The position numbers and the translations under genes are program-made. A stretch of DNA of 62,955 bases, counting the filler, from Chiloscyllium plagiosum (Eukaryota), in the NCBI RefSeq assembly GCF_004010195.1. It is 5 parts of one record of this genome, joined end to end, with 100 filler letters (N's around TTAATTAATTAA, not from the genome) between each part and the next. Parts side by side here need not be neighbours in the genome. Positions count along the whole stretch, not along the records: positions 1 to 16,834 come from NC_057715.1; 4 more parts are not named here. One strand, given 5' to 3'. Of the stretch, positions 1 through 12,198 are shown piece by piece. Every line of letters starts with the position of its first letter. Position 1 is the first letter of the stretch. A model generated the notes under the pieces. The model made no database searches and had not been told where the DNA came from. It saw only the letters and a program-made list of their open reading frames with translations.

Positions 1-139
1 CTCCTCTAGCTTATCTCTCTACCCTTCAGGCTCTCTGCCTTTATTCCTATGAAGGGCTTTTGCCAGAAATGTTGATTTTACTGCCCCTCGGATGCTGCCT
101 GAACTGCTGTGCTCTTCCAGCACCACTAATCCAGAAGCC

Positions 140-2470
140 AGGTAACTACCTGGCTTATCCCCATATTCAAACAGCCTTTGCTTTGCAAAGGAGGCCCCTC
201 TCTTCACTGCTGTGTGAGCACTGAGTCCAGAGTAGCCGAGAGCTGTGACCCGTTGTAACCTGACCACGAATGGTCTGGTATAATATGCTGACTCAGCTGC
301 CTTCAGCCGGGCCTCAAGCATCCGCTGCTGCTCCCCTCTCTGCCTCCTTCTCATTGTCGAGTATGAATTAATCAGGCCGCTTAAGAATGCTTTGGTGGTC
401 TCCCAGAGCATTGATGGATTACTGGCTGTACCCTAGTTGATGTCCCAAAAAGCCCTGAACTCCCTTGTAATGTACTGTATGAAGTTGCCATCTTTAACAA
501 AAACGGAGCCATGTGTCAGTGCCATGTGCCTATTCCACTACCCTTGGTCTTAACATCTGAATACACTAGTGCATGATCCAAAACAGGTATGTTCCCAATC
601 TTGCAGGCCAACACCAAGTCCAAACAAACCAACGGAACAAAGAACATATCAATTCTTGTGTGGCACTTGTGTGGGTTGGAGTAAAAAGTAAAGTCCCTCC
701 CATTAGGGTGGAGACACCTCCACACATCCACTAGCCCCAACTCCTTACACAAGTCCACTAACTGTCGAGACTGTAGAGGTGTACCTGACAGACCTCTTGG
801 CATCCTGTGTACCCCAGGGTCTATGAGGTGATTAAAGTCTCCTTCTATAATATGTGGCACACCCCAAGAGTCATTAATTTAGAGACTGCTTCAACTAAAA
901 ATTTGAGAGGATGTGCCAGGGGACGGTAAACGTTTAGGATGCCGTACTCTTCACCGTGTAACACAGCCTTGAGAATGACGAATCATCTATACTCATCCTT
1001 GATTTGATCTGTCACCTGAAATGGGAGGCTCCTTAATACCAATATTGCCACCCTTCTGGTTTTAGGAAGGAGGAAAAAGAATACCCTAACATAGCCCCCC
1101 TGCTGTAACGGATGTTCCATATCGGTCAAATGTGTCTCTTGCAACAGAGCGATGTCAACCCTTTCCTTCTTATGATTTGACAGCACCTTTTTCCTTTTAA
1201 TGGGGGAATGGCTCCCCTTTATATTCCAGTGCACCACCTGAACAGATCGCTAGCCATGACCATACACTACAGCCCACGGTCTCCTGAAAGGAGGAAGTCC
1301 ATTCAGTGTGCGGCAAGTGGAAAAAAAATACAGACTTTGTCAAATCTAAAGACTATTCCTACAGACAATACTAAGAAACTAATCACTATTCCTAACTTGA
1401 ACAAATAAACACAAAAACCACATATGTCCAGAGATCTCCCCCTCGCCCATAGGGGGCATTCACTCCCAACCTGACAGCCATCTTAGCACCTTCCGGTAAA
1501 GGCCGTGCTCCAAACCCAAGCAATGGAAGAAAAACATGTTATTTTCATTCCTGCAAATTAACAATGGACGCCCACCCCTCCCCTTCCACATCTCAAACAT
1601 CTCCCCCTCGCCCATAGGGGGTATTCACTCCCAACCTTACAGCCATCTTAGCACCTTCCGGTAAAGGCCATGCCCCAAACCCAAGCAATGGAAGAAAAAC
1701 ATGTTATTTTCATTCCTGCAAATTAACAATGGACGCCCACCCCTCCCCTTCCACATCTCAAACCTACACATCATTACATCAAAGAAGTAACCACCCCTCA
1801 CCCAGAAATACAGAACAGTAAAACAACAGATAACTATCAAATAGATATAATATAAAACATAGCAGATTTTACACCAAAGCAATACCAAGTCGAAAAGGCC
1901 CGGGACCCCAAAAGGGAAAAGAACATAGAAAGAGAAGATTAAAAAAATTATTATGCCATTGTCGGCACACAACATTTCCTCTTTACCCCTTGGTCAAAGT
2001 CCATTACTTTGGGCCTGCCCCTCGGAGTTCTCCATCGCGGCCCTTTATTCCACCACTTCTACCCGCCGACCCAAAGCCGGGATCTCCTGCTCATGCTTTG
2101 TCAGCATGGCAGTAATTGGCTGACTTTTTTCACGGAGTTTTGCAAACTCTGTGAGTAGATGTTGCTGCTCCACCGAACATAAAGGCGCTGCCACAGGAGG
2201 TGATGCAGTGGCTGTCGGTGGGCCCAACATAGTAGGGCAGTGCCTTGCCTGCTGCACTCTCCTAGTTCCCTTTTCTTTAGATGTCTTCATTTCAGCTCCA
2301 GAACATCCAAATCATAATTTAAAGGGGCTGTAGGTGCTCTACCTACTTTATACTACAAATTATCCTCGGGGTAACTAATGGTTGGGGAGGGAGGGGGTGT
2401 ATGAGCTTGCCTTGCCAAGGGGTATGGCACAGAGCCCAACACAACAGACTGTTCAGACTGCTGCCATTTA
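140..2470 (-). mobile_element. L1/Tx1-clade LINE, 5' part (5'UTR, deleted ORF1, ORF2 APE endonuclease), degraded
   Basis: Minus-strand ORFs carry APE endonuclease motifs: HWNIKG..IKRKKVL..DIALLQETHL (983-1237), GDFN..DVWRCLHP..FTFYSNPH..RIDMFF..DHALV (516-860) and LWETTKAFLSG..FEYGDKPG (19-411). An ORF1-like N-terminal coiled coil lies at 2045-2290. Confidence 0.85.
1434..1763. repeat. 165-bp tandem duplication inside the L1 inter-ORF region
   Basis: The unit ATCTCCCCCTCGCCCATAGGGG...CACATCTCAAAC occurs at 1434-1598 and 1599-1763 with a few substitutions. Confidence 0.9.
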
Positions 2471-2658
2471 GAATCTCTCAAAAATTGTAGTTTTATAAAC
2501 TTGGGCTCTTTACAATGTGTTGGTGACAGACCCCACCTTGTGATTTGGCGAAATTGTTTTAGGGAAGCAGTGTGCGAAATAGAGGAATATTAGAGTCATA
2601 GAGAACAACAACCCTTCAGCCCATTGTGATTGTGTCAGTCAAAAATAACTCTTCTAAG

Positions 2659-3680
2659 GTTAAAAATCACACAACACCAGGTTATTGTCCAACAGGTTTA
2701 CTTGGAAGTACAAGCATTTGGAACGCTGCTCCTTCATCAGGTAGCTAGTGGAGCAGGATTTATAGCAAAAGATCATAGTGTCATGTAACTGATCTGATAT
2801 ATTGAACAAACCTAGATTGCTGTTAAATGTTTCATCTTTTAGGATAGGTTGCAGGTTTTGATTCATTAATATGTAAATCCCAGAATTTCTTTCAAGTCAA
2901 ATTCCCAAGATAATTTAAGGTTTTATAAAAAAGTGACATCTCAGCTCAGACAATGCATTAAAGCTGTGAAGTTAGAATCTGTGTCTATTCCAATGTTGAG
3001 TCAGACTAGTTCTATTTCCAAAATAGGAATTTATAAAATGTCACATGGATTGACTGCCTACAGACTGCGCTTTTTGAACAAAATAGAATGTATCTGCAAA
3101 TACAATTCTGCAAATGTAAATTCATCCCATAGACTTATATGTGTGTGCACGTGAGGGAGAGAGAGAAAGTGTGTGTGTGTGTGTGTGTGTGAGAGACAGA
3201 AAGTGTGTGTGTGAGAGAGAGTGTGTGCACGTGCCTGATAAAGTGTGTGCGTGAGTGTGATGGAGTATATGCATGTGACAGGGTGTGCACATGGTTGTGA
3301 GTATGGGGCGGGTGTGAGTGTGAGTATGTGAGCGCGCGCGCGCATGTGTGTGTGTGTATGTGCTTGTGTGTGTTGTGTAGTGGGGTCACCTGGAGTGTGA
3401 CATGAACCCAAAATCCAGGTACCATTCTCATGTGTACTGAGCTCAGCTATCAGCCTCTGCTTCGCCAAACTGTGTATCCCGAAGTCTGCCTTGGTGGATG
3501 GTCACTTGAAGATCTGAGGCCGAATGTCTCTGATCGCTGAAGTGTTCCCTGACTGAGAGGGAATACCCGTCTGGTGATTGCTGCACGGTGTTCATTCATC
3601 CATTGTCATAACGTTTGCTTGGTCTTGCCAATGTACCATGTCTCAGGGCATCCTTGCCTGCAGCATATGATGTGGAGGAG
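2659..3680 (-). mobile_element. Penelope-like element family 2: 3' fragment (GIY-YIG C-terminus, (GT)n tract, pLTR)
   Basis: The AKQRLIAELSTHENG peptide matches the family-2 GIY-YIG end at 36009-36236. The pLTR end GTTAAAAATCACACAACACCAGG is shared with the copies at 6829, 35499 and 62631. Confidence 0.75.
3140..3375. repeat. Imperfect (GT)n/(GA)n microsatellite within the PLE 3' region
   Basis: Direct reading. A complementary (CA)n tract lies at 36251-36421 in the plus-strand copy of the same family. Confidence 0.9.
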
Positions 3681-3716
3681 CCGGTGTTGGACTGGGGTGG
3701 ACAAAGTTAAAAATCA

Positions 3717-3905
3717 GAGTCTAGATTAGAGTGGTGCTGGAAAAGCACAGCAGGTCAGGCAGCATCCTAGGAGCAGGAAAGTTGACGTTTCGGGCAAAAG
3801 CCCTTCATCAGGAATGCTCCTGCTATGCTGCCTGATCTGCTGTGCTTTTCCAGTACCACTCTTAATCTAGACTCTGATTTCCAGCATCTGCAGTCCTCAC
3901 TTTTG
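3717..3905. mobile_element. PLE family-1 fold-back mini-element nested in a family-2 pLTR
   Basis: Inverted arms GTGGTGCTGGAAAAGCACAGCAGGTCAGGCAGCAT / ATGCTGCCTGATCTGCTGTGCTTTTCCAGTACCAC. 15-bp TSD CAAAGTTAAAAATCA at 3702-3716 and 3906-3920. Confidence 0.85.
3784..3811 (-). ncRNA. Minimal hammerhead ribozyme core (PLE family 1)
   Basis: Reverse complement reads CTGATGA-A-GGGC-TTTT-GCCC-GAAA-CGTC. Confidence 0.75.
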
Positions 3906-4019
3906 CAAAGTTAAAAATCACCCAACACCAGGTTATAGGTTTATTTGAAAGCCAGTGCTTCCAAATAAACAAGTTGGACTATAGCCTGGTGTGTGATTTT
4001 TAACTTTGCAGCCTATAGA

Positions 4020-4600
4020 TAGACAACGTTGGCTGAGTCACATGAGTACCTGCTGTGTCCACGGTCCGGGAGCATAACCAGATGCGGTTTGAAGAAATGA
4101 AACTGTTCCTTTTTGGAAATGGACACACCAATATAGTCTCTCTCGGTGAGTCAGAGCCTGGCTGGCATTCAGAATGTGTTTGAACTACATTCATAACGAC
4201 GTGTGTGCAGATTGTAATTGGTAGTAAGCGCTCAGCCCTCTGTGAGGCGTTCACAGGCTGGGGGGTGTGTGTACAGTAAATGCAGCAGAAACACAGCGAT
4301 GTAAATGGCGGAGAACGTGCAGCCAGGACAGCTCAGAGAACAGGCTCTTCCCCAAGCTGGTGGGTAAAAGGTTTCTCTCTCTTACCTCTCAGCAAATCGT
4401 TCATTCAGCATTTTACTCCCTCTCTTTTGCTGCTTGTTTCTTTTTCCTGCCTAGAAACTATCGTTTTGTTTTTGGTGGTTACGCGCAGGACACGGTCTGA
4501 GATTGCACGGTATCGCAATCTCCGGGATCCACTCAACACGAACATACATTTATATAGCGCCCATAATGAAATGTGGTAACGGCGCATCGCGGGACGATCT
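4020..4600. promoter_or_regulatory. CpG-enriched non-repetitive segment, possible promoter or first exon
   Basis: Visibly high CpG density, especially 4480-4600, against a CpG-depleted background. Good-context ATG at 4305 (AAATGG) followed by a donor-like G|GTGGGT at 4359/4360. Confidence 0.35.
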
Positions 4601-4659
4601 AACAGACAGGGATTTGGAGATAGATGGCCAAAGAGAGGTGTGATTTCAGAATCCTGTTA

Positions 4660-5035
4660 AAGAGTCACACAGCAGGGAAATAATCCCTTTCGTCCAACAC
4701 ATCCGTGCGGGCCAGACGTTCCCATTTGCCAGGGTTTGGCTGATGTCCCTCTAAACCCTACCTATTCATGCACTCATCCAGATCCCTTTTAAATGTTGTA
4801 ATTATATCTGCCTATACTACTTCCTCGTTCCATTCACGCACCCCCCCCCCCCCCCCCCATTTGAAAAAGTTACCCCTCAGATCCCTTTTAAATCTTTTCT
4901 CTCTCAGTTTTGGGCTCCCCCACCCTGGGACAAAGACCTTGGCTATTCACACATCAAGTCCCAGATGATTTTATAAACTTCTATAAGGTCAACCCTCAGC
5001 CTCCAGTGTTCCGGGGGAAAAGCCCCAGCCTATTA
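4660..5035 (-). mobile_element. CR1 LINE 3' fragment
   Basis: Reverse complement resembles the CR1 ORF2 end (RLGLFP..RLR.DL.EVYKI) and the 3'UTR seen at 26915-27572. Confidence 0.75.
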
Positions 5036-5108
5036 AGTTGTGAGAATGAAGGGTGGTTTAAACATGAGGGGCTGGGGGAAAGCTCATTGGAGTGGGGAAG
5101 GGAGCAAT

Positions 5109-5411
5109 GGGGTGGCACAGTGGCTCAGTGGTTAGCACTGCTGCCTCACAGCACCAGGGTTCTGGGTTTGATTCCTGCCTGTCTGTGTGGAGTTTGCACA
5201 TTCTCCCTGTGCCTCTGGGTGCTCCGGTTTCCTCCCACAATCCAAAGATGTGCAGGGCAATTTAGCATGGCCCACAGTTTCAGGTGCATTAGTCAGAGGT
5301 AACTATAGGGTAGGGGAATGGGTTTGGGTGGGTTTCTCTTCGGAGAGGCGGTGTGGACTTGTTGGGCCGAAGGGCCTGTTTCCACACTGTAAAGAATCTA
5401 ATCTAATCTAA
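5109..5411 (+). mobile_element. HE1-type tRNA-derived V-SINE
   Basis: A-box TGGCTCAGTGG, B-box-like GGTTTGATTCC, V-domain TGTGTGGAGTTTGCACATTCTCCC..GGTTTCCTCCCAC, CR1-like tail GGGCCGAAGGGCCTGTTTCC and (AATCT)n end. Confidence 0.85.
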
Positions 5412-6086
5412 ATTTACAACTCTTAAATGGTCAACTCACTCATTTAGAGTCCCTCTTGAGTCGCTCATATTCATCCTCAAGACTCCTCAGCCTTCCTTAG
5501 CATAGACTTCCCTTGGAAGATGGGATTAAAAGCAGCTGTTAGGGTCATTGACAATAAAGGGACAGTCCCTTAAAAAAAGGCAATTTGTTTGCGGTGGAGA
5601 GACAGCCAAGAACTAACACCTGGTCAAGTACAAGGGTGAAGTATGAGAGAAACGCAACACTGAGGTAGAAGATACATCTCCATCTGTTTGCATACTTTCG
5701 GCCACCAGTTCAGTCTGAAGGTATGGTAGCACAGAGGGAGGTTTGACAAAATTGCCTGTACCAAGTCAGGGAGAAAGGATTTACATACGGTGCCAGCCAA
5801 GTTAGATGTTCAGCAAAGTGATCTCAGTACAAGCCCCTTGCTCTGGTGGATAAAGACACAAGTAATCCCACACATGCCTGTGAGGACTGTCCTCTCTACA
5901 ATCTAAGTGGCAGACTGATTACTCTAAACTCAGCAAATGAGAAGGCCATCACTTGACTTTGAAGATTTGCATTTGTGAATTAATAATAATAATAGCTGTT
6001 CAATGGGAATGAAGTTTAAAGAACAGTATGTGTTTTCATTGGTCATAATGGGCTTTGCTTGTAAATATTTTTATTGAAAATAAAGG

Positions 6087-6379
6087 TGGGCGGTGCAGTG
6101 GCTCACTGGTTTTTCACAGTGCCAGGAACCCCGGTTCAATTCCCACCTCGGGCGACTGTGTGAAGTTTGCACGTTCTCCGCATGAGTTTCCTCCCACAAA
6201 TCAAAGATGTGTAGGTCAGGTGAATTGGTCATGCTAAATTGCCCATAATGTTAGGTGCATGAGTCAGAGATAAATATAGGGTAGGGGAATGGGTCTGGGT
6301 AGGTTGCTCTTCGGAGGGTCGGTGTGGACTTGTTGGGCCGAAGGGCCTGTTTTCATACTGTAGGGAATCTAATCTAATC
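6087..6379 (+). mobile_element. HE1-type V-SINE
   Basis: Same head, V-domain and tail as 5109-5411. Confidence 0.85.
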
Positions 6380-6883
6380 ATTTTATTTTTTTTACAACAT
6401 AGTATAACAACCTTATTATATAACAACAATAACAGTAAACAAACTACTACTCTATTCCACAAACCACTGAGGAAAGAGAAAAAACATACAAAAACTACAA
6501 TTCAATAAATAACTAAAAAGAAAAACTAAATTAAACCAAGGTAAATTAAACTACATTCAGTTAAGTTACCGCACTCAATGCAATCCCACCAAAGCTCCCC
6601 ACCACCAGGAGCATCAGTAGGCAAACCTGTATTTGTTTGGGATTCTTCCTCCAAGGGCCCCCCGGACCGCCAAGCATAGCCCTCATGCCCACACAAAGGC
6701 CCTGATCAATATAACTGACAAGTCTCCGTCTGTATAATTCAGTTCTTTAAAACAGTTCTGTTTCCTGGTGCACCATACTCTTAAGGAAGTCCAGGAGGAT
6801 GTGCTCCAAAACTAATCTATGTCACCCAGTTAAAAATCACACGACACCAGGCAGTAGTCCGACAGGTTTAATTGGAAGCTCAC

Positions 6884-6912
6884 TAGCTTTCAGAGCGCCG
6901 CTCCTTCATCAG
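6884..6912 (-). ncRNA. Minimal hammerhead ribozyme core (PLE family 2)
   Basis: Reverse complement reads CAC-CTGATGA-A-GGAGC-GGC-GCTCT-GAAA-GCTA-GTG. Confidence 0.75.
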
Positions 6913-7213
6913 GTGGTTGTGGAGTACACAAATCTAAGGCACAGAATTTATAGCAAAAATTTAGTGTGATGTAACTGAAATTATACATTGAAAAATACCT
7001 TGATGGTCTGTTGAGTGTTTCATCTGTTCGAATACCATGATAGTTTCACTTCTTTCATGTGTAAATCACAAAACCTTTTTTTTTAAAAGTTGCATTCTCA
7101 GCTTAGCTGTAACAATGGGTGTTAGCTAGACAATATGTTATTATTTCAGTTACATCACACTGTAAATTTTTGCTATAAGTTCTGTGCCTTAGATTTGAGC
7201 CCTCCACAATCAC

Positions 7214-7242
7214 CTGATGAAGGAGCGGCGCTCTGAAAGCTA
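7214..7242 (+). ncRNA. Minimal hammerhead ribozyme core (PLE family 2)
   Basis: CAC-CTGATGA-A-GGAGC-GGC-GCTCT-GAAA-GCTA-GTG. Stem I is CAC/GTG, stem II is 5 bp with one G-U pair, and stem III is the palindrome AGCT. Confidence 0.75.
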
Positions 7243-9664
7243 GTGTGCTTCCATTTAACCTGTTGGACTATAACCTGGTGTTGTGTGATTTTTAACTTTG
7301 TACACCCTAGTCCAACACCAGCATCTCCAAATTATGTCACCCTGAGAGTCTTGTGGGATTCTCCGACACCCAGCTCATTATAATATTCTTCTTCGCACAG
7401 AAAGAAAGAATATTGAACAGTTTCTTCCCATGCGCGTCCAAAGAAGGGAAATTTGGCAAGCCTAAAAGGTGGGACACTGGATCCACCTTAACCTCAGTTG
7501 CCAAGACCCCTTCCAAAACATTCGCTGTGGCACCCCAATACTGATGAAACTTGGAGCATGACCACAAGCAATGAGTAAGAGTGCCAACATCTGTTTTATA
7601 CTTGGGGCACACTGGGGACGCTCCTGTCTTAAATTTCGCAAGCTGCCCCGGTGCCAAATGACCCCTCTGGAGTACCTTCAGTTGCATAGCCTGTGTCCTC
7701 TTGCAAATCGAAATCTTCCTTGCTTCCTCTGATGAGATTTCCACCCCCAATTCTTGAGTCCAGATTCCGCACAGCTGCTCAATGTCCTTTGAAACATTGC
7801 CTCCTAACAAGTGATAGAGGGTACTGACCAAGAGAGTGCTCGTAGAACAAAGCACTCTCCTCTCCATCTCTGACATATAGGGACTAACCATCAATGTAGT
7901 CTTTTTCTGTGTGAAGTCCCTAACCTGAAAGTAATGAAAGAGGTCCCTCCTAGATAGCTCATATTTCTGACTCAGTTGCTTGAAAGATATCATGACCACC
8001 CCGTCAAATAAATCTCCCAAACAGGAGACTCCTCTAGACTCCCAGAGTTTAAAGCCAGAGACAATTGACCCCAGCTGGAATCCTAACATTCCCACTATGG
8101 GAGTTAAAGGGGAAGTTTTTAAGTTGCCCTCATCTTGCCTCATCATTCTCCATGCTTTAACAGTGTTAAGGACAATAGGATTTCTGCAATGGTCCATAAC
8201 AGTCCTCATCTTGTCCATAAACAACAAATTGATGAGGGGGCATTTTGCCTAGGAGGTGTCGATGTCCAACCAGATTGACCGCAGGTCCTGACAGGCCAGT
8301 CAGCCACATAGAATAGTAAGGAACTCAATTGATATTCCTTAAAATCCTGGAAATCCAAACCTCCCATCCCCTGTAGATGCTGCAATTTGGCCACCTTAAT
8401 AAGAGGCTGCCTATGATGCCAGATGAAAGATCTGAGCTAACTGTAAAGCCTCTGTAGTGCTTGCCAAGGCAGCACCAAAGGGAGCATTTGCATGGGATAT
8501 AATAAGCAAGAAAAAACATTCATTTTGACCAGAGCTATTCTCCACAACCAAGATATCGGAAGGTCCTCCCAGTGCCGAAGGTCCTGCCTTATCTTCTCCA
8601 GCAACTGCATAAAGTTAGCTTTATATAATCAATCGAAGGCCGGGGTGATAAAGATGCCTAAATACGAGAAACCTCCCTGTGACCACCTGAAAGGGAAATG
8701 AGTTCCATCTCCAAGATCAGATATTCTAGTGAGGCCCCCCCACAGGCATGGCCTCCGACTTCATAAATTTAATTTTATACCCCGAAAATAAACCAAATAG
8801 ATTAATCACTTGTATTAAACGGGGCGCAGATGTCATTGGTTCAGTTAAAAAGAGAAGAACGCCATCCGCATAAAGGGTGATCTTACACCTACCTGATCCT
8901 ACCTCTGGGGCAATTATGTTGGGATCCCTCCGGAAGGCCTCCAGCAGTGGCTCAATCACCAATGTAAGTGATAGTAGCGAGACAGGGCACCCTTATCGGC
9001 TGCCTCTGCCAATACTAAAATTATCCAACCTTATACTACGAGTAAGAACTGCTGCTTTCAGGTCACTAGATAACACTGCCATCCACCTGGCAAAAACCCC
9101 TCCAAGATCAAACCGCTCAAGTACACAAAAGAGGTACTGCCACTTCACCCAGTCAAATGCTTTCTCTGCATCCAGGGAGACTACCAAGCCCAGAATCGAC
9201 CCTTGCTGGCAAACCTGGACCATGGTTACTACTTTTCTAATATTATTAGTAGACCTATGACCCTTAATAAAGTCTGTCTGGTCCTCCTTTACAATGAAGG
9301 GCAAAACTGCCTCCAACCTCAACACCAGCATTTTTGACAGAATTTTAAAATCCAAGTTCAATAACGATATGGGCCTGTATGAAGTGCAATCCTCTGGGGC
9401 TTTCCCTTTCTTGAGATTAAGAGAAATAATTGCTTCTCTCAGAGAGGATGGCAGGCAGTACTGACTGTATGTGTGGTTGTACATATCCAATAGTGGCCCA
9501 GCCAGCGTGTCTATAAAGTCCTTATAAAACTCTGAAATCCTGAGAAAAACCTGGCTTCAGGGCAAGGCTGGAGAAGCCATGGTAGGGGGAAAGGATAGGA
9601 AATTTTAGCAAGAGGAAAATATTGGGGGTGATAGAGTTTGGATGTAAAATCATTAAGGACTGGT

Positions 9665-10090
9665 GAGCTTGAGGTGTAGGAAGAGGCTGAATAGGCTTGG
9701 GTTATTTTTTCTGAAGAATCAGAGGCTGAGGAGTGACCTTATAGACATTTATAAAATCATGAGGGGCATGGATAGGGTGAATAGCCAAGGTCTTTTTCCC
9801 AGGGTAGGGGAGTTGAAAACTAGAGGGCATAGGTTTAAGGTGAGAGGAGAAACATTTAAAGGGACCTAAGGTGCAACAATTTCATGCAGAGGGTGGTGCG
9901 TGTATGGAATTAGCTGCCAGAGGATGCTGGTATGATTACATGATACATTATACATGAATAGGAATGGCCTAGAGGGATATGAGTCAAATGCTGGCAAATG
10001 GGACGAGGTCAGATTGGGATGTGTGGTCGGTGTGGATGATTTGGACAAAAGGGTCTGTTTCCAAGCTCTACAACTTTATGACTCTGACTC
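9665..10090 (+). mobile_element. CR1 LINE 3' fragment
   Basis: RLNRLGLFFL..RLRSDLIDIYKIMRGMDRV..TRGHRFKVRG, then 3'UTR and an ATGACTCT-like tail. Confidence 0.85.
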
Positions 10091-10099
10091 AGTGAGAGG

Positions 10100-10520
10100 A
10101 ATGCCCAGGTGATATATTTTATGTTGTGGAAAAGGTGGGAGAAGCAAGTGGAACAGGGGGAAAAGTCAGGGAAAGGTTAGAGGACAAAGGAGATTAGAGA
10201 TCATAGGTGTTACAAGACAAAAGGCAAAGAGAATGATAATGGTTATAGAGAAATGGATCCAGAGCAGATAATAAAAAATTGTGTTAATAGTAGAATATAG
10301 GTCAACTCTGCTGAAACAGAGTACAGTCTTCTGGACACATGTTAAATTCAGCAACTTCACACTGTGAAAAGTGCTTAATTGGAAAACAAGGCGCTGTTCC
10401 TCCAGCTTGGACTTCATTGGAGCACTGCAGTAGGCCAAGGACAGAAATGTGAGCATGAGAGCAGCATGGTGTATTAACGTAACAAGTGACCAGAACATCA
10501 GGATCACATGAGAAAGATAT
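10100..10520 (-). mobile_element. Old PLE 3' remnant (GIY-YIG C-terminus)
   Basis: KLEEQRLVFQLSTF resembles the R.EEERLIF.LGTLQP motif of the other PLE copies. Confidence 0.5.
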
Positions 10521-11489
10521 GCTTTGTAAAGGCAAGCAACTGGAAGTTAAGCCAAATTTTAAGGCTGTCTTAGGAAATTTTTTCTCTCACATTGCTTAGC
10601 ATGTGTACACTTCCAGAACCCTGGAAACATTTAAGAAACAATTGGCTGTTGCAATGAGATAGTGTTCTGCATGGATGAATTAGACAGGTCAGAATGGCTT
10701 TCACATCTATAATGAGCTGGTGGTTGGCTTAGAATTCTTAAGCTAATGTTTTCTATTCATGGTCTGGCTGCACTAGAAAGGAGTGAGGAAAAAGTCTAAA
10801 ACTGGAAAGACTGGTTCCATATGGTTTAAGTACAGTCGTTTGTTTTTGTTGGTGTTTTCTGTACTTTACTGAAATTACAGTGATGGTGGAAATGCACAGC
10901 CCTGGAAACCATTGTAGGAACAGCCCCACAAGCTCAAACTACACAATATATAACATGCAAATATTTAGAATTTGCGATTGCAACTCTTGCTAATTTCTGA
11001 CAGTGGAATTACCTCAAGTTTTGACAAAAACCTATTCAGGACAACAGTGTGAAATTTTCATACATTAACAGGCTGACTGCTGATTTATCCCTATCTGGAA
11101 AAAACTGAGAATACTTGATGTGACATTACACCTCTCACAGTCACTTGTACAAGGTAATTTTTCAGACGTTGAAATGAGCTGTTTCCTCATTGTCCTCTAT
11201 GTTGTTTAGTTATTGTTCATGCTGTATTCCATTCTACTCATCCCCTCTCATCCCAGAAACAATCAATTTCTTTCCCATTAAGGTTTGAAGTTCAGAATGT
11301 AGGCCTTTCTGTGTGTTTTGAGAAGACGGGCGGGATTGTCATCAGCCAGTGTTTATGGAAATTCTAAACCTGCAAGATCTTCTCAGTATAAAGAGTGAGT
11401 GAGAAAAATCTGGAAGAACTGCACCTCATTTTCCACATGGGACCCCTACAGTCTTCTGGACTCAATATTGTGTTCAACAGTTTAAGGGC

Positions 11490-11840
11490 TTAAGGCACCT
11501 TCTCCCATGCCCTTACCCTAATCCCCACACACCAGGCCTTGTTATCATATGGTTTGCTATTACACACCACCCATCATTAGCTACTAAGTGTCCACTAATA
11601 GTTATTCACCCTCCCAGGCTGATCGTAATGCACTCCTTTGTCTGTCCACTGTTCTGCTCTCTCTTTGGGCTCCATTTCCAAACACCGTTTACTCCTTACC
11701 CACCACCCACACCGTGTTTCCTGCATAAAAACCAATATTTTCCTAGCTAGTTCTGAGGAAGGGTCAAAATGTTCACTCTGATTTCTTTCCAGATGCTGCC
11801 AGACCTGCTGAGCCTTTCCAGCAATGAATGTTTTTTCTTT
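11490..11840 (+). mobile_element. PLE family-3 pLTR remnant
   Basis: AGTTCTGAGGAAGGGTC..CTCTGATTTC..AGATGCTGCCAGACCTGCTGAG is shared with 35177-35272, 42980-43070 and 50036-50245. Confidence 0.55.
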
Positions 11841-12198
11841 TGAGAGAAATACTAAATCTACACTAATGAAGATCGTAATGGAAAACCAGGGTCCTTATGT
11901 TTACTGAGCTGTGTGCTTAGATCAAGATTGTATGTGGGGAAATCTGGAAATACGGGGATTTTAATTTTTTTTTCTCTACTGTTCCCTTGCTGCATCCATC
12001 CAGATTGACAGAGTGGCTGCTTTTCAAGCAAGAAAGACAAAGCTTTGAAAGGGCTAGAGGAGCAGTTTGGTTTGGAGTGGTGGGAGGAAAACAGAGACTG
12101 GGAGGATAGTTGAGTAGGCAAAATATTTTTGGAGGATAAGAATATGGTCGCAAATGGTTGGAGATATTGTAAGGTTGGAAATCAAACCGATTGATGGG

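Larger units (their letters stand above)
6829..7332. mobile_element. PLE family-2 fold-back element (two inverted pLTRs, no ORF) inserted in the L1
   Basis: Arms at about 6829-6985 and 7140-7296 are reverse complements. The right arm has an extra ~35-nt tail. 10-bp TSD TATGTCACCC at 6818-6827 and 7333-7342. Confidence 0.85.
6380..9540 (-). mobile_element. L1/Tx1-clade LINE, 3' part (RT, C-terminal Cys-rich region, 3'UTR, poly-A), frameshifted
   Basis: YRPISLLNLDFKILSK..QTDFIKG..SLDAEKAFDWV (8993-9490), ITLYADGVLLFL..FSGYKI (8726-8962) and CPKY..GTLTHCLWSC (7337-8227). T-rich tail on + at about 6381. Confidence 0.9.

Noticed and set aside
3058..3468. His/Thr-rich ORFs (also 36187-36435)
   Set aside because: They are translations of (CA)n/(GT)n microsatellites in the PLE 3' region.
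5109..5175. tRNA-like A/B boxes (also at 6087, 34428 and 56926)
   Set aside because: These are heads of HE1 SINEs followed by the V-domain and LINE tail. There is no complete cloverleaf.
7337..8227. Longest ORF (296 aa) as a host gene
   Set aside because: It is the C-terminal part of L1/Tx1 ORF2, colinear with the upstream RT fragments.
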